A DNA stretch of 64,000 bases from an uncultured Acidobacteriota bacterium. GTDB lineage: Bacteria > Acidobacteriota > Vicinamibacteria > Fen-336. A model generated the notes under the pieces. The model was not told the origin of the DNA. It did no database searches and was given only the letters and a program-made list of their open reading frames with translations. The translations under genes and the position numbers were made by a program. Within the stretch, counting starts at the first letter, position 1. Every line of letters begins with the position of its first letter. This document shows positions 32,836 to 45,305 of the stretch, piece by piece. The stretch spans positions 3,712,001 to 3,776,000 of the forward strand of contig OY970399.1 of the NCBI GenBank assembly GCA_963720545.1. The letters are read 5' to 3'.

Positions 32836-34478
32836 AGGGCAGGGTCTGGCGGGCGGAAGCGCTCATCGCCTGCGGCTTCCTGCTCCTCGCGCTGCTGCAG
32901 ACGGGCCTCGTCGGCAGCCTCGGGACGCTCGCCTACGCGGGGCCCGACACCACCGCCATGATGTGGGCGCTCGACTGGGTGTCGAAGCACTTCCTCAGCG
33001 CGCGGATGTTCGACGGCAACATCTTCTATCCCTCGCCACATTCGGTGCTGTTCGTCGAGCCGTTGTTGGGGCCCGCGGCGCTGGCTGTGCCGCTGCGCCT
33101 CTTCACAGCGAACCCGATCCTGATCTACAACGCATGCAACATCCTGGTCATGGCACTCGCGAGCTACGGCATGTACCGCCTGGCCTGCACGATGACCGGC
33201 GACCGCGGCGCGGCGCTCCTCGCCGGTGTCGTGGTGCCGTACGCGCCGCAGCAACTGCGCCACCTGGTGCACATCAACCTCATCACCATCGCCGGGTTCC
33301 CGTTCATGGTCCTCGGGCTGCTGAGACTCTTCGTGAAGCCGGGACCGTGGCCCGCGCTGCTGGCGGCATTCGCGTACGTGTTCCAGGCGGGCACCAGCGG
33401 CTATCACGCGATCAGCGGTGCTCTCCTCGCACTCATCTTCGCCACCTGGCGCTGGCGCGACCTGCGCAGGCCCAAGGTGTTTCTATGGACCGCGGCTGCC
33501 GCGCTCGCCGCGGCCGCTCTCCTCTCGCCCTACATCTTTCGTTTCCATGACTTGACGAGCGGGGAAGGGATGACTCGCGGTGCGCGCATGGCGCTACCGT
33601 ATTCGCTCGACCTCGGGCTCGACCTGTTGAAGACGACCTCGGTCTTCTGGGCAGGCACCGGACTGTTGCGCGAGGGTGCGCTCGGTGTCTTCCCAGGCGT
33701 CACCGTCCTCGTGCTGGCGGTCGTCGGGGTTGCAACCCGTTCGCGGTATCGCGCGTTTCTCATCGCCATAGCCGTCGTTTTCGGCACGCTGTCGTTCGGT
33801 CCCTGGCTCAAGTATCGCGGCGAGATCCTCATGCCGCTGCCGCTCAAGTGGCTGATGGAGACACTGCCGTTCTTCGACGCCATCCGGCACCCGAAGACCT
33901 TCAGTGTTCCTGCGATGTTCGGCATCGGCCTCCTGGCTTGCTTCGGCGCTGCGCGGCTTTCGCTTGGCCGGCGACCGTGGGTACTCGCCACGGTCCTGCT
34001 GTTCGCAGCCGTGGAGAGTTTCGGCGGCTGGCCGCCGCGCGCGCCGCGACCGCCGCTTCCGGCCGCCTACACATTCCTGCAGCAACAGCCGCCGGGGGCT
34101 CACCTTTCGCTGCCGATGAACGACTCTGAGAACTACACGTGGTGGGCAACGCTCCACGGCATGCCGACGGTGAATGGCGAAGGAGGCTGGGACGCGCGCC
34201 GCTACGGCGACCTCTACCGCCTGCTGCGCCGTGAGTGGAACGACCCTGCCACCGGCTCCCTCGCCGGGCGACGCTCCACCACCCTGCTCGCGAACCGCTT
34301 CCCGGTCGACTACGTCGTGCTGCGCCGCGCCGCGCCGCCCGCGATGCGCCGCAACATCGACGCCACGCCGGCGCTCTTCACGCTGCTCACGGAGACGACC
34401 GACGGCGACCGCGTCTACCGCTTCACGCCTGCTGCTGCTCGAGACGCAGCGGCAGGCGCCGCACCCGCGTCCCGATAG
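32832..34478 (+). CDS. Multi-pass membrane protein, putative GT-C fold glycosyltransferase
   Basis: About 11-13 TMs, DGNIFYP...LFVE loop, C-terminal AYTFL...LSLP...HGMPTVNG domain; open frame extends to a CTG overlapping the upstream stop (start inferred). Confidence 0.6.
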
Positions 34479-36603
34479 CCGCGAACACCGCGTTGCAGAC
34501 GGCGGGTGCCACCGGCGGCACCGGCGGTTCGCCCAGGCCCAGTGGAGCGGTGCCGCCGGGAACGATGTGCGCCTCGACGTCCGGCGCCTGCGACAGGCGC
34601 AACACGGGGTAGTCGCCGAAGTGCGACTGCTGCACGCTGCCACCCTCGAAAGTGATCTCGCCGCCGAGCACGGCGGAGAGCGCCCACGTCACGCCACTCT
34701 CGATTTGACCCTCGACGCCCAGCGGGTTGATGGCAAGGCCGCAGTCGACGGCGCAGACGATGCGGTGCACGCGCAGGTCGCGGTTGGCGCCCACCGACAC
34801 CTCGGCGACCATCGCCACGTGCGTCTGGCCGTGGAACGCGTTCGCGGCGATGCCGCGGCCGTAACGCCGGCCCGCCGCCTTCGGCAGCGGCGCGCCCCAT
34901 CCGGCCTTCTCGGCGGCAAGCTGCAACACGCGGCGCAGTCGGTCGCGCTCGATCGTCACCGATCCCGAGGTCATCGCGGTTCCGGGCGGCAGCATCTCGA
35001 GGCGCAAGGCGAGCGGATCCTTGCCGAGCGCGTGCGCGATCTCGTCGAGGAACGACTCGCGCGCGAACGCCGCCGGCGGAGCGAACACCGCCCGCCACGG
35101 CCCGTGGGTCACGGGCGAGGCGACGTAGCTGTACTCGATGAGCTGCGACGGAAATGCGTAGGGGTTGTCGTGGTGCGCCCAGCCAATGTCGCGGAAGAAC
35201 TCGGCGCTCTTGCGCTCCTCGGCGGTCGGCTCGGGCGGCGTGTGGCCCGCCGAGGCCTGGCGATGGAACCAGAGACCCGGCTTGCCGGCGGCATCGATCG
35301 TCGCGGCCATCGCGTGCACCGACGCCGGCTGGAAATGGCCGTGGCGCAGGTCGTCGCGGCGCGTCCAGAGCACCTTCACCGGCACGCCTGCCGCCCGCGA
35401 GATCTCCGCTGCCTCCTCGGCATAGTCGGCGCGCAGCCTGCGGCCGAAACCGCCGCCCATCAGGGCTTGCGAAACGTCCACGTTCGCGGGCGGCACCTTC
35501 AACGTCGCCGCCACCGCCGCCTGGACACGCAGCAGGTTCTGCGTCGCGCCCATCATGAGCGCCTTGCCGTCGCGCACGTCGGCGATGTAGCTCAGCGGCT
35601 CCATCGCGGCGTGCGCGTAGATGGGGAAGTGGTACGTCGCCTTGAGCTTCCTGGCTGCCGCGGCGAGTGCAGCTTCCGGATCGCCATCGCGCCTCGTCTC
35701 GACGCCCTTGCTGGCGACGCCCTTCTCGAGGTCGGTCCAGGCCTGCGCCGTCGAGAAGGACGACCCGGGCCCGTCGCTCCAGTCCACCTGGAGAGCTTCG
35801 ACGCCGCGCAGTGCGGCCCACGTGGAATCGGCCACCACCGCCACGCCCTGGGAAACCTGCGTCACCGCCACAACTCCCGGCACCGCCCTGGCGGGCTTGG
35901 CGTCGAAACTCTTCACCGTGGCGCCCAGGCGCGGCGGCCGTGCCAGGCAGGCGCTCTTCAGCCCGGACATTTGCAGGTCGATGCCGTAGAGCGCTGCGCC
36001 GCGGACGATATCGGGGCCATCGATGCGCCGGGTCGGTGTACCGACGATGCGGCGTTCCGCGAGCGTCTTCATCACCGGTTTAGCCGGCACGCGCTGCTGT
36101 GCGGCTGCCGCCACCAGGCCTGCGTACGGCAGGCTGCGGCCCGACGCCGCGTGCAGCACCGCCCCGTCGGCTGTGGTGCAGGTGTCTGCGCTCACGCGCC
36201 ACTGTGCCGCGGCCGCCTCGCGCAGCATCTGGCGCGCAGCGGCACCCGCGGGCCGGAACATCCGCCAGGCATACCGCATGCTGTCGCTGCCGCCGGTGCC
36301 GAGGTCGTCGTAGTCCGGACCGGGGCGCGCGTAGTCGAGGCGGATGTGTGCGGGATCGACGTCGAGCTCGTCGGCGAGGATCATCGGCATAGCGGTGCGG
36401 ATGCCCTGGCCGAACTCGACGCGCGGCAGGAAAACAGTGACGGTGCCGCTGGCATCCATCTTCATCCAGAGGTTTTTCAACAGGGCGGCCGGGGCCGCGG
36501 CGTCCGCGGTCGGTGACCACGAGGCGCGAAACGGAATGACGAGGACCGCGGCGGCGCTGGCCGACGCCTTGAGAAAGCCGCGGCGCGACGCTGCGGCGGT
36601 CAT
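34423..36603 (-). CDS. Xanthine dehydrogenase family molybdopterin subunit (IorB-like) with Tat signal
   Basis: SRRGFLK Tat motif, EFGQGIRT, GTGGSDS, HAAMEP, MGGGFGRR, GLGEPPVPP. Confidence 0.9.
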   Translation of the reverse strand: MTAAASRRGFLKASASAAAVLVIPFRASWSPTADAAAPAALLKNLWMKMDASGTVTVFLPRVEFGQGIRTAMPMILADELDVDPAHIRLDYARPGPDYDDLGTGGSDSMRYAWRMFRPAGAAARQMLREAAAAQWRVSADTCTTADGAVLHAASGRSLPYAGLVAAAAQQRVPAKPVMKTLAERRIVGTPTRRIDGPDIVRGAALYGIDLQMSGLKSACLARPPRLGATVKSFDAKPARAVPGVVAVTQVSQGVAVVADSTWAALRGVEALQVDWSDGPGSSFSTAQAWTDLEKGVASKGVETRRDGDPEAALAAAARKLKATYHFPIYAHAAMEPLSYIADVRDGKALMMGATQNLLRVQAAVAATLKVPPANVDVSQALMGGGFGRRLRADYAEEAAEISRAAGVPVKVLWTRRDDLRHGHFQPASVHAMAATIDAAGKPGLWFHRQASAGHTPPEPTAEERKSAEFFRDIGWAHHDNPYAFPSQLIEYSYVASPVTHGPWRAVFAPPAAFARESFLDEIAHALGKDPLALRLEMLPPGTAMTSGSVTIERDRLRRVLQLAAEKAGWGAPLPKAAGRRYGRGIAANAFHGQTHVAMVAEVSVGANRDLRVHRIVCAVDCGLAINPLGVEGQIESGVTWALSAVLGGEITFEGGSVQQSHFGDYPVLRLSQAPDVEAHIVPGGTAPLGLGEPPVPPVAPAVCNAVFAAIGTRVRRLPLRLEQQQA

Positions 36604-37070
36604 CGGCCCGCCGCCTTGCCCGCCGTGAGGCGGTTCACCGCGCGGCGGATGCGGTTGTAGGTGCCGCAGCGGCAGACGTGCTGGTCGAGTGCGGCGAGCG
36701 CGGCACCGGCGTCCGCCGGCGCGCGCCGCAGGCTGGCGGCGCAGGTCATGAGCATGCCGGCCTGGCAGTAGCCGCACTGGGCGACATCCTCGTCGAGCCA
36801 CGCCTGCTGGCACGGGTGCAGGGCGGCCTCGCTACCCAGCCCCTCGATGGTCGTGACCGCCCGGCTGCCGACGTCGCGCGCCGCCAGCAGGCAGCTGCGG
36901 GTCGCCTCGCCGTCTATGTGCACCGTGCAGGCGCCGCACAGGCCCACGCCGCAGCCGTACTTCGAGCCGGTCAGGCCCAGCGCGTCGCGCAGCACCCAGA
37001 GGAGAGGCGTGTCCGGTTCGACGCTCACCTCGCGGCGCGTGCCATTGACCAACATGTTGAATCGCGACAA
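36600..37070 (-). CDS. [2Fe-2S] subunit (IorA-like)
   Basis: GSKYGCGVGLCGACTVH, QCGYCQAG, CRCGTY; TTG start with GGAGG RBS. Confidence 0.92.
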   Translation of the reverse strand: MSRFNMLVNGTRREVSVEPDTPLLWVLRDALGLTGSKYGCGVGLCGACTVHIDGEATRSCLLAARDVGSRAVTTIEGLGSEAALHPCQQAWLDEDVAQCGYCQAGMLMTCAASLRRAPADAGAALAALDQHVCRCGTYNRIRRAVNRLTAGKAAGR

Positions 37071-37128
37071 CCGGGCCTCCTTTGCGATGGCTCGGAACGA
37101 ATGTACGCCGCCGGCGCGCGCGCGTCCG

Positions 37129-37165
37129 GATGAACAAGCGATGTTTGTCCGAGGTTTGGCCGAGG
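37129..37165. promoter_or_regulatory. Four phased 11-bp direct repeats, candidate wHTH operator
   Basis: GA(T/G)G at 37129, 37140, 37151, 37162; GTTTGTCCGAG followed by GTTTGGCCGAG. Confidence 0.6.
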
Positions 37166-37215
37166 CTGCGGCGGCGATCCCGATGGAACCCCTATACTCC
37201 GACGAAGAAGCGCCG

Positions 37216-39384
37216 ATGTCCGAACCCTTCCCGCAATCCCCGGCCGGCGCACGCAAGGCGCGGTCCTACCGCCTTGCCGGCCGCCTGGTCGAACCCGGCC
37301 TCAACCGCATCACGCGCGACGGGGCCGTGCTCCAGGTCGAGCCCAAGGTGATGCAGGTGCTGGAAGCGCTCGTCGCCGGCGGCTCCGACGTGGTGACGAA
37401 GGACGAGCTCATCGGCCGGGTCTGGGAAGGCGTGTTCGTCAGCGACGACGTCCTGGTGCGGGCGATCGGCGAGCTGCGCAAGGTTCTCGAAGACGGGGAC
37501 GGCAGCGACGCGCCAGCGGTCATAGAGACGATACGCAAGCGTGGCTACCGGCTGCTGGCCCCGGTTGTCTACGACCTGCCGGCCGTCGAACCCGCGCGAG
37601 CGTTTGCCGTCGCTCCGCCAGCCGTAGCATCCGGCGCGCCGCCGCGGAGTGCCGCGCGCGGACTGTGGCTCGCGTTCGCCGGAGCTTGCGCCGGCGGCAT
37701 CCTCGCCTTCGCCTGGCTGCACGGCCGCGACGCTGGCCGCGCCGGCGCCGCGGCCGGCAGCGCGCGCTTCCTGCCGTTCACGACGCTGGACGGCAACGAA
37801 TACGTTCCGTTGGTGTCTCCCGACGGTACGCGCGTGGTCTTCGGCTGGATGCCGAAACCCGGCGAGCCGCGCGACCTGTACCTGAAGCTCCTCGGCGGCG
37901 ACGGCATGCTGCGCCTCACGAACGACGCGGCCGAGGAGTACCCGCTCGCCTGGTCGCCCGACGGCACGCAGGTCACGTACTTGAGGATCGCCGGCGCCGA
38001 CTGCACGGCGCAGACGGTGTCGGCGCTCGGCGGCTCGCCGCGCCTGGTCGCGCCCTGTGCCAAACCCCGCGCGCGTTTCGCCGTTTCGCCCGACGGCGCG
38101 CAGGTGGTCGCGACCAAAGCTGCGGCGGTGGGTTGGCAAGGCCGGCTGTTCGTGAGCTCTCGCGACGGATCTGGCGAGCGGCCGCTCGTGACCCTCCAGC
38201 CGGGCGACGACCAGGGCGAGTTCGTCGATGCGGCGCCGGCCTTCTCGCCGGACGGGCGCTTCATCGCCTTCACTCGGTGGCTCACCGATAGCGTCGGCGA
38301 TCTCTACGTCGTGCCGGCAGCAGGCGGCAGCGCGCGGCGGCTCACCACCGACAACGCCGACACCATGGGCTTCAGCTGGGCGGGCAGCGGCAGCATCCTG
38401 TTCTCGTCGAACCGCGCCGGGATGTACAGCCTCTGGAGCGTCGCCGTTGACGGCGGCCAGCCCACGCTTGTCGCCGGCGGCGGCCGCAAGATCAAGCACC
38501 CGTCGGTATCGCGCGACGGCCGGGTGGTCGCCTACGAAGGCTGGAACTACGACATGAACCTGGCGGCGCTGCACGCGCCTTTTCCCGCGGGTGCGCCGCA
38601 GCCGCTGGCAACCGCCACCGATGAGTGGACGTTCGAGCCGCGCCTCTCACGCGACGGTTCGAGCATCGCCTTCACCTCGACCCGCTCAGGGTCGTACGAG
38701 ATCTGGACCGCGACCGCGGAGGGCGCGAACCCGGTGCGGCTGACGAATTTCGGCGGAGCCTACGTCGGCGCGCCGCGCTTCTCGCCGGACGGCCGCAGCG
38801 TCGTGTTCGTGGCACGCCCGCAAGGGCAGGCCGACATTTACATCGTGGATGTCGCGGGCGGCACGCCGCGCCGCCTCAGCGACGACCCGGCCGACGACCT
38901 CGCGCCTTCTTTCTCGGTCGACGGCGACACCGTGTATTTCGCGTCGCGGCGCACCGCGGACTGGCAGGTTCACGCGGTGCCGCGTGGCGGCGGCGCCGCG
39001 CGCGCGGTGACGGCGGCGGGCGGGTACGCCGCGATCGAGAGCGGCGGCTACATCTATCACAGCCGCAGCGACCGCGGCGGCCTGTGGCGGCGGCGGCTTT
39101 CAGCGCCCCCGGCCGAATCGAGCGAGCTGGTCGAAGGTGCGCTGCCGGCGGGGGACAGCGCCAACTTCGGTGTGCTCGCGGACGGCCGCCACTACTGGGT
39201 GTCGCCGTCCACCGACACGACACCCGCTCGGATCATGACGCGGTCCGGTGCGCAGCCCGCCGCCGTTCTCACCGACTTGCCGGGCATGGCGTGGGCCGGC
39301 GTCGAGGTGTCCGCCGACGGCCGGCGCGTGCTCTACTCGCGCATCGGCAGGAACGACAGCAACATCGTGGTGATGCTGCGCTGA
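37216..39384 (+). CDS. CadC/ToxR-type wHTH - TM - TolB/PD40 beta-propeller regulator
   Basis: EPKVMQVL...VTKDELIGRVW...IETIRKRGYRL wHTH, one TM, many SPDG repeats; TATACT -10 box at 37193-37198. Confidence 0.88.
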   Translation: MSEPFPQSPAGARKARSYRLAGRLVEPGLNRITRDGAVLQVEPKVMQVLEALVAGGSDVVTKDELIGRVWEGVFVSDDVLVRAIGELRKVLEDGDGSDAPAVIETIRKRGYRLLAPVVYDLPAVEPARAFAVAPPAVASGAPPRSAARGLWLAFAGACAGGILAFAWLHGRDAGRAGAAAGSARFLPFTTLDGNEYVPLVSPDGTRVVFGWMPKPGEPRDLYLKLLGGDGMLRLTNDAAEEYPLAWSPDGTQVTYLRIAGADCTAQTVSALGGSPRLVAPCAKPRARFAVSPDGAQVVATKAAAVGWQGRLFVSSRDGSGERPLVTLQPGDDQGEFVDAAPAFSPDGRFIAFTRWLTDSVGDLYVVPAAGGSARRLTTDNADTMGFSWAGSGSILFSSNRAGMYSLWSVAVDGGQPTLVAGGGRKIKHPSVSRDGRVVAYEGWNYDMNLAALHAPFPAGAPQPLATATDEWTFEPRLSRDGSSIAFTSTRSGSYEIWTATAEGANPVRLTNFGGAYVGAPRFSPDGRSVVFVARPQGQADIYIVDVAGGTPRRLSDDPADDLAPSFSVDGDTVYFASRRTADWQVHAVPRGGGAARAVTAAGGYAAIESGGYIYHSRSDRGGLWRRRLSAPPAESSELVEGALPAGDSANFGVLADGRHYWVSPSTDTTPARIMTRSGAQPAAVLTDLPGMAWAGVEVSADGRRVLYSRIGRNDSNIVVMLR

Positions 39385-41183
<1,799 letters not shown>

Positions 41184-41187
<4 letters not shown>

Positions 41188-42269
41188 TGAGCTTTCAGGA
41201 AAACGAAGGCCGCACGCAACTCGGCTTCGGTGACGTCGTGGCGGATCGCCACCCGCCCGATGCCGTGCGGCAGGATGAATGTGGGGCGTGACGAGAGGGC
41301 TTTCTTGTCGCTGGCCATGGCGGTCCGCACCGCGCGGTAGTCGAGATCGGCAACCTGCGGACGCGGGCCGAGCGCATCCACAGCCGCGCACAGGCGGCGG
41401 AAGTCGTCCGCACCGAGGAGCCCGCGGCCGCGGGCGATGTGCGCCGCCGCCACCATGCCGTGGCCCACGGCCTCGCCGTGGTTGAAGCGCGCGAAGCGGG
41501 TGACTGCCTCGAGCGCGTGGCCAAAGGTGTGGCCGAGGTTGAGGACGGCGCGCAGGCCGCCCTCGCGTTCGTCCGCGGCAACCACCTTCGCCTTGAGGGC
41601 GATCGCGGCCAGCACGGCGCGGCGCAGGAGTGGTTCGGACCAGGTGTCGGCCGGTCCGCCGCGCGCCAGCGCCGCGAACAGCGACGCGTCGCCGATGAGC
41701 GCGCACTTCAGGATCTCGTGCGAGCCGCCGCGCAGCTCGCGGCGGGGCAGGGTGCGAAGCAGCGCCAGGTCGGCGACCACGGCGCGCGGCTGGTGAAAGG
41801 CGCCGAGCAGGTTCTTGGCGCGGTCGTGGTTGACGCCGACCTTGCCGCCGATGGCGCTGTCCACCATGGCGAGGAGCGTCGTCGGCACGCCGATCCAGTC
41901 GATGCCGCGCATGTAGGTCGCGGCCGCGAAGCCGGCGGTGTCGCCGACGCTGCCGCCGCCGATCGCCACCAGCGCCGCGCCGCGCCGCGTGCCCCGCGCG
42001 AGCAGCACGTCGTGCAGCCGGCCCACCTGCCGCCAGGTCTTGGCGGCCTCGCGATCGGGCAGCTCGATGGGCGTCGCTTTGCGCATGGCGGCGCCCAGCG
42101 CCTTGCCGACATGGGTCCAGACCCGCCGCGAGGTGACGAGCGCGAACCCGCCCGGGCGCTGGGCCCGGAGCAGCCGGCGCAGGGTCCGGGCGCCATGGCC
42201 GCTGCCGACGAAAACAGGGTAGGGGTGCTCGTTTGTGGCGACGTTTATGCGGCGAACACGCGTGGTCAA
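41184..42269 (-). CDS. aroB: 3-dehydroquinate synthase
   Basis: [55 protein letters not shown]; start approximate. Confidence 0.93.
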
Positions 42270-42361
42270 GCCGTTCAGGTTACTTCCCCGGCCGTGTTTC
42301 CACAAAGCTTGACAGCTCGCGTGTCTTCCTCGGGCGACCATGGCGGAGGAGGAAAAGAACA

Positions 42362-42742
42362 ATGCTCGAGAACATCGACGCCGTCCCGAATGTGGCGGTC
42401 AAGGACGTCAAGAAAGCGCGCAAGTTCTACGAGGGCACGCTTGGACTGAAAGTCGTGGGCACCGAGAGTGACGAAGTGGTCGTCTTCCAAAGCGGCGGCA
42501 ACAAGCTCTACGTGTACCGCTCCGCCTACGCCGGCACCAACAAGGCCACGAACGTCAGCTGGCCGGTGGGCGACAAGATCGGCAAGGTGGTGGCGGACCT
42601 GGGCCGCAAGGGTGTTGCGTTCGAACACTACAAGGACATGCCCGGCGCGGTCCTCGACGGCGATATCCACGTGTTCGGCGACATGCGCGTCGCGTGGTTC
42701 AAGGACCCCGACGGCAACATCCTGAGCGTCCTGAACGGCTGA
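42362..42742 (+). CDS. VOC/glyoxalase family protein
   Basis: VKDVKKARKFYEGTLGL...AWFKDPDGNIL. Confidence 0.9.
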   Translation: MLENIDAVPNVAVKDVKKARKFYEGTLGLKVVGTESDEVVVFQSGGNKLYVYRSAYAGTNKATNVSWPVGDKIGKVVADLGRKGVAFEHYKDMPGAVLDGDIHVFGDMRVAWFKDPDGNILSVLNG

Positions 42743-42797
42743 GCGTAGGGCGCCGCGCCGGGGGCGAGCGCGGACGCTCTGCTAAAATCGGCCGATC

Positions 42798-43820
42798 TTG
42801 CAAGGCCCCGAACTCTTTCCGTTCGTCGAATACTGGTGGTTCTACGCCGTTTTTACGGCCATGGTCCTCGGGCTGCTGCTGCTCGATCTTGGTGTATTCC
42901 ACCGCAGGGCGCACTCGGTCAGCGTCAAGGAGGCGTCCCTCTGGAGCGCCGTGTGGGTGAGCCTCGCGCTCGCCTTCAACTACGGCCTCTACCGCTACAT
43001 GCTGGTGCGCTTCCCGGAAGACCCGCGCCTCGCCGCGATTCCCGGTTTCGACGCGGCTGCGGCCGCCAAGCGTACGGCGCTCGAGTTCCTGGCCGGCTAC
43101 GTCGTCGAGTACTCGCTCTCGATCGACAACATCTTCGTGTTCGTCGTCATCATGGGCTACTTCGCGGTGCCGAAGCACCTGCAGCACCGGGTGCTGTTCT
43201 TCGGCATCCTCGGCGCGCTGGTGTTCCGCGCGATCTTCATCGGCCTCGGCTCGTGGCTGCTGCGCCTGCAGTGGATCGAGATCCTGTTCGGCATCTTCCT
43301 GGTGATCACCGGCATCCGCGTGATGCTCGCGAACGAAGGCGGCGACAAGGATCCGAGCGACAACGCGCTGGTGCGCTTCTTCCGCCGCTTCGTGCCGGTG
43401 ACCGAGAACCACGTCGAGGGTCACTTCTTCGTCAAGCACCTCGGCCGGACGCATGCGACGCCGCTGTTCATCACGCTGCTGACGCTCGAGATGACCGACA
43501 TCGTGTTCGCGGTGGACAGCGTGCCCGCGATCTTCGCGCTGACGCGCGAGCCGCTCATAGTATTCACCTCGAACATCTTCGCCATCCTCGGCTTGAGAAA
43601 CCTGTACTTCATGCTGGCGGGCGCGGTGGACAAGTTCCACCTGCTGAAGTACGGCCTCGGCATCATTCTCGTGTTCGTGGGCGCGAAGATGGTCGGCCTC
43701 AACGAATTGTTCGGCGGACATTTCCCCATCAGCTGGTCGCTCGGCATCATTGTCGGCGTGCTGGCGGCGGCCATCGCCGCGTCGCTGCTGTTCCCGAAGA
43801 GGACGGAAGGAAAAGAGTGA
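42798..43820 (+). CDS. TerC/Alx family membrane protein
   Basis: EYSLSIDNIFVF, GILGALVFR, DIVFAVDSVPA, SNIFAILGLR. Confidence 0.92.
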   Translation: MQGPELFPFVEYWWFYAVFTAMVLGLLLLDLGVFHRRAHSVSVKEASLWSAVWVSLALAFNYGLYRYMLVRFPEDPRLAAIPGFDAAAAAKRTALEFLAGYVVEYSLSIDNIFVFVVIMGYFAVPKHLQHRVLFFGILGALVFRAIFIGLGSWLLRLQWIEILFGIFLVITGIRVMLANEGGDKDPSDNALVRFFRRFVPVTENHVEGHFFVKHLGRTHATPLFITLLTLEMTDIVFAVDSVPAIFALTREPLIVFTSNIFAILGLRNLYFMLAGAVDKFHLLKYGLGIILVFVGAKMVGLNELFGGHFPISWSLGIIVGVLAAAIAASLLFPKRTEGKE

Positions 43821-45253
43821 AAGAGATCACGCCGAAGAGCCAGGACTACTCGCAGTGGTACCTGGACGTCGTCCTGAAGGCCGACCTCGCAGACTACGGC
43901 CCGGTGAAGGGCTGCATGGTGATCAAGCCCTACGGCTACGCCATCTGGGAGGCCCTGCAGGCAGACCTCGACCGCCGCATCAAGGAGACGGGGCACGTCA
44001 ACGCCTATTTCCCGCTGCTCATCCCGAAGAGCTTCCTCGAGAAGGAGAAGGAGCACGTCGCCGGTTTCTCGCCCGAGTGCGCCTGGGTGACGATTGGCGG
44101 CGGCCAGGAGCTGGAGGAGCCGCTCGCCATCCGGCCGACCTCTGAGGCGCTCATCTGCTCGATGTACGCGAAGTGGGTGCGCTCGTGGCGAGACCTGCCG
44201 ATCCTCATCAACCAGTGGGCGAACGTGCTGCGCTGGGAGAAAGTCACGAGGCCGTTCCTGCGCACCACCGAGTTCCTCTGGCAGGAAGGCCACACGCTGC
44301 ACGCGACCGAAGCCGAGGCGCAGGAGGAAACCCTCAAGATCCTGCACGAGGTCTACACGGCATCGGTCGAGGAGGTGCTGGCGATGCCGGTCGTCTCCGG
44401 GCTCAAGACCGAGAGCGAGAAGTTCGCCGGCGCGCTGCGCACCTACTCGATCGAGGCGCTGATGGGCGACGGGCGCGCGCTGCAGGCCGGCACCAGCCAC
44501 AACCTCGGCCAGCATTTCGCGACCGCGTACGGCATCTCGTTCCTCGACCAGAACCAGCAGCAGGCGCTGCCGTGGTCCACCTCGTGGGGCGCTTCGACGC
44601 GCCTCATCGGCGGCCTCATCATGACCCACGGCGACGACAACGGGCTGATCCTGCCGCCGAAGGTGGCGCCCTACCAGGTGGTGATCGTGCCGATCCCGCC
44701 GCGCAAGGGCGACATCAACGAAGCCGTGCTGCCGAAGGCGCGCGAGCTGCAGAAGATGCTGCGCGCGGCAGCGATCCGCGTGCACCTCGACGACCGCGAC
44801 ACCCAGGCGCCCGGCTTCAAGTACGCCGACTGGGAGATGCGCGGCGTGCCGCTGCGGCTCGAGCTCGGGCCGAAGGACCTCGAGAAGGACCAGTGCGTCC
44901 TGGTGCGCCGCGACACCGGCGAGAAGCTGTTCACGCCGCTCGCCGGGCTCGACGCCCGCATCGCCGAACTGCTCGCGGCCATCCAGTCGGACCTGCTTGC
45001 CAAGGCCCGGCAGTTCGTGAAGGACAACACCACGCACGTCTCGAGCTACGACGAGTTCAAGGAAGTCATGGCCGGCAAGCGCGGCTTCATCGTCGCCGGC
45101 TGGTGCGGCGACGCCGCATGCGAGGCCGCGGTGAAGGCGGAGACGCGCGCCACCATTCGCGTGATTCCGGTGTTCAGCGAAGCGGTGGGCGGCTCGTGCG
45201 TGCGCTGCGGCAAGCCCTCCGAGCGCGAGGTCTACTACGCGCAGGCGTACTGA
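43817..45253 (+). CDS. proS: Proline--tRNA ligase, archaeal/eukaryote-like type
   Basis: DYSQWY, IRPTSE, NQWANVLRWE, PFLRTTEFLWQEGHT, QAGTSHNLGQ, C-terminal Zn domain ending AQAY. Confidence 0.95.
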   Translation: MKEITPKSQDYSQWYLDVVLKADLADYGPVKGCMVIKPYGYAIWEALQADLDRRIKETGHVNAYFPLLIPKSFLEKEKEHVAGFSPECAWVTIGGGQELEEPLAIRPTSEALICSMYAKWVRSWRDLPILINQWANVLRWEKVTRPFLRTTEFLWQEGHTLHATEAEAQEETLKILHEVYTASVEEVLAMPVVSGLKTESEKFAGALRTYSIEALMGDGRALQAGTSHNLGQHFATAYGISFLDQNQQQALPWSTSWGASTRLIGGLIMTHGDDNGLILPPKVAPYQVVIVPIPPRKGDINEAVLPKARELQKMLRAAAIRVHLDDRDTQAPGFKYADWEMRGVPLRLELGPKDLEKDQCVLVRRDTGEKLFTPLAGLDARIAELLAAIQSDLLAKARQFVKDNTTHVSSYDEFKEVMAGKRGFIVAGWCGDAACEAAVKAETRATIRVIPVFSEAVGGSCVRCGKPSEREVYYAQAY

Positions 45254-45305
45254 CGGCGGCGGCGGCCGCGGCATCGGCAACGGCAACGAGGCCGCGCTGC
45301 GGCGC

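Noticed and set aside
34423..34478. Convergent gene overlaps (also 46399-46424 and 52468-52510)
   Set aside because: Low-complexity tails caused by stop-codon scarcity in high-GC DNA; a common feature.
34423..37070. IorAB as a selenoprotein client of SelB
   Set aside because: No in-frame TGA in either reading frame.
42743..42797. yybP-ykoY manganese riboswitch upstream of terC/alx
   Set aside because: The intergenic region is only about 55 bp and no recognisable aptamer was seen.
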